DNA of 64,000 nt from Callorhinchus milii (lineage: Eukaryota), in the NCBI RefSeq assembly GCF_018977255.1, contig NW_024704743.1, forward strand, positions 6,140,001 to 6,204,000, written 5' to 3'. The position numbers were made by a program, and so were the translations under genes. Below are positions 61,420 to 64,000 of the stretch, piece after piece. The stretch's first letter is position 1. Each line of letters starts with the position of its first letter. The notes under the pieces are model-generated. The model did no database searches. It saw only the letters and a program-made list of their open reading frames with translations, and was not told where the DNA came from.

Positions 61420-64000
61420 AACCTCGGTCATTCCAGGTGATATCATTCTCCTGACAGAGGCCACACCACTCGGTTACACCTTCCATCGTACCCCATGACC
61501 TAACCAGTGGCGGTGTGGCTCTCATCTCCCAGTCCCCACTCGGCCTATCCTCTTACTCCTCCAGAACCTTCCCTTTTTATAGCACGGAACCCTTTATCAC
61601 CGCTCCAAACTTTCCCTCAAAATTCTCATTACCTATTGCCCCTCCAAGCCGTCGCCTTCTCCGAATACCTCCTCGTCCTAGGTGACTTGAACCTTCATTT
61701 CACCCCCTCCTGCTCTATCTCTGCTGACTTCTCCTCCCTTGTCCCCTCCTTCAACCTCTCCCTCCACATCCACTCCACCACTCATATCCGTGATCACCCC
61801 CTCGACCTGGTGATCACTCAGGGCCTCACCATTTTGGAACTGAAAAAGCCATCACGGACCATCACTTCATCTCCCTTAACTCCTCAATCCCCCCACCCCT
61901 CCAACCCACTTCCATCTCCTACTACCGCTGGAAAAAAAACTCCCCACCTCCCCCCCTCTCTCCGCTGCCTTGGAGTCATCTGAATTCCCTCTGGGCTTCC
62001 TCTTGCAATGACCTATCCTCCTCAGTCGATCTCCTCCACAACTCCATCTCCTCCACTCTCGATTCCCTTGCACCCCTCTCTTCCCGAACAGTCTGCTATC
62101 TACGCACTTTAGCATTGTACACCAGCCACCTCTGCTCCCTTAAAGCACAGATAGGTGCTGCTGAACACCCCTGGCTCGAATCCAACTTAACAGTCCATTG
62201 GCAGATCTGGCTGGACATTACCAAATCCTACTGCTCCAACCTTGTCTCCGCTAAATCGTTGTTCTACTTCAAAACAATCTTGGAGGCCAAGGACAACCCC
62301 AGGCTCGTCTTCTCCATCACAGAATGGCTCCTCCGACCACCCTCTCATGCCTTGCCCATCTGCTCCTCCAACTCCAGCTATGAGGCGGTGCTGAAATTAC
62401 TCAAAACCAAAGTTGAGGGTTTCCGCTCAGCTGTCTCTGACCTTCCATCTACTACCCCCTCCCCATCTACATCTTACACCCCAGCTCCCACCCATCCCTC
62501 CCTCCACACCTTCGAACATGTCTCCCATTCCTCTTTCACCACCACTATAACCCACATGAAACCGACCACCTGCTCCCTCGACCCCATCCATAACCCTTTT
62601 CTCACTTCCCAGCTCTACCATGCACCCCTACTCACGGACATCATAAACCTCTCCCTGTCCACTGGCACTGTTCCAACCCCTTTAAAAAAGGCCGTCATCA
62701 GTCCTACCCTTAAAAAACCCTCCTTGGACCCATCCCTGCTCTCAAACTACCGCTGCATCTTTTCTTTCCAAGGTCCAGGAACGAGTCGTTGCTTCCCAGC
62801 TTCACTCCTTCTTCTCCTGCCACTCCCTTCATCAATTCCTCCAATCAGCATAGAAACAGCTTTGGTCCAAGTGACAAATAATAATAATAATAATAATAAT
62901 CCTTGCATTTGATGTAGCGCTTTTCACGTCGGGAGAATGTCCCAAAGTGCTTCACAGAACACACTGTAAAGTGAATTGACTGTATATTTGTGGGAGAACG
63001 CGGCAGCCAATTGCGCACAGCAATGTCCCACAAACAGTCGTAGATTGAAAATGACCAATTTATTATTGTTTTTGGTTTTTTGGAGGGATTATTATTAGGC
63101 TCTGTGTGGAGTAAAGAAACTTGCCCAAGGTTTCGCCCTCTGCCTGAAATTTAACTCAGGTCTCTCACTTGCAAAGTGAGTGCTCTAACCATTGAGCTAC
63201 AGGACTCCACAAATGACATTTTGTCCATCTGCGACCAGGGCTCCTGGTCGCACATGGACAAAATCCAGGGCCCTCCTCATCCTCCTTGACTCTCTGCTGC
63301 CTTTGATCCCATTGACCAGTCTATCCTCCTCCACCACCTCTCCTCTCACTTCAACCTTCATGGTTCTGTCCTTGAATGGTTCAGAACCTACCTCTCACAC
63401 CGTCTCCACTTCATCTCCACAGAGAGTTTCTCCTCTCGCCCCCACATTGTACAGCGTTCCTCAGGGCTCTGTCCTTGGTCCCGTCCACTTCAATATCTAT
63501 ATGCTCCCTCTTGGTGACATCATCCGCAGACATGGGGTCAATTTCCACATGTAAGCAGATGAAACCCAACTCTATCTCCCTGCCTCCGCCCTTGACTCCA
63601 GGACCACTGCTGTCTTGACGGAATGTTTGTTAGACATCAAATCCTGGATGAAAGCTAACTTTCTTCAGTTCAGCGTCAAGATGACCGAGGCTCTCCTGAT
63701 TGGCTACTGTCAGAGTCTCCACAACTCGGATGCTGACAGCATCACCATCCAAGTTTGCACACTCCACCTTTCTAAGCTAGTCCGGATCCTTGACCATCTT
63801 ATTTGACCCTCATCTATCTCTTCTACCCAACATCCATGCCATCATGTGCTCTGCCTTCTCCCACCTCCGCAACAATGCACGGCTACGCGACTATCTCACA
63901 CCACAGGACACTGAAACCCTCATACACACATTCATAACATCCAGGCTTGACTATGCAAATTCCCTGCTTGTCGGACTCCCCAACTCTTCCCTCCATAGGC
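61420..64000 (+). mobile_element. Older L2 LINE (endonuclease remnant to RT), running off the window end
   Basis: LVLGDLNLH and DHPLDLVIT (APE domain), [19 protein letters not shown]. Confidence 0.9.
62880..63208 (-). mobile_element. tRNA-Ala-headed SINE inserted in the L2, with target-site duplication ACAAAT
   Basis: acaaat at 62874-62879 and 63209-63214; the L2 VQVTNDILS motif is split by the insert. Confidence 0.92.

Overview
Repeat-dense vertebrate genomic DNA. The L2/CR1 LINEs and Deu-type and tRNA-headed SINEs suggest a cartilaginous fish, possibly a chimaera (inference). The window contains: (1) the last coding exon of YME1L1 (+, 126-269); (2) an intact 4-exon Patched-domain/RND-family gene, PTCHD3-like (-, 21259..10723, 893 aa by my splice model); (3) a 6-exon animal type I iterative polyketide synthase of the budgerigar MuPKS / fish pks1 type, transcribed divergently from PTCHD3 (+, 31517..44156, about 2108 aa, KS-AT-DH-pseudoMT-inactive ER-KR-ACP, no thioesterase). 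All PKS catalytic motifs are intact, but the large last exon has two single-base frameshifts. Decayed copies of both genes flank this pair in matching orientations: an internally deleted PKS relic at 6349-6954 and two PTCHD3 exon-2 relics at about 52.6 kb and 56.9 kb inside a recent mosaic duplication. The most interesting reading is a co-duplicated vertebrate 'PKS + RND exporter' unit, analogous to mycobacterial pks/mmpL clusters; this is a hypothesis. The rest is mostly transposon debris, plus two notable inverted repeats. Repeat boundaries are approximate and identities were counted by eye.
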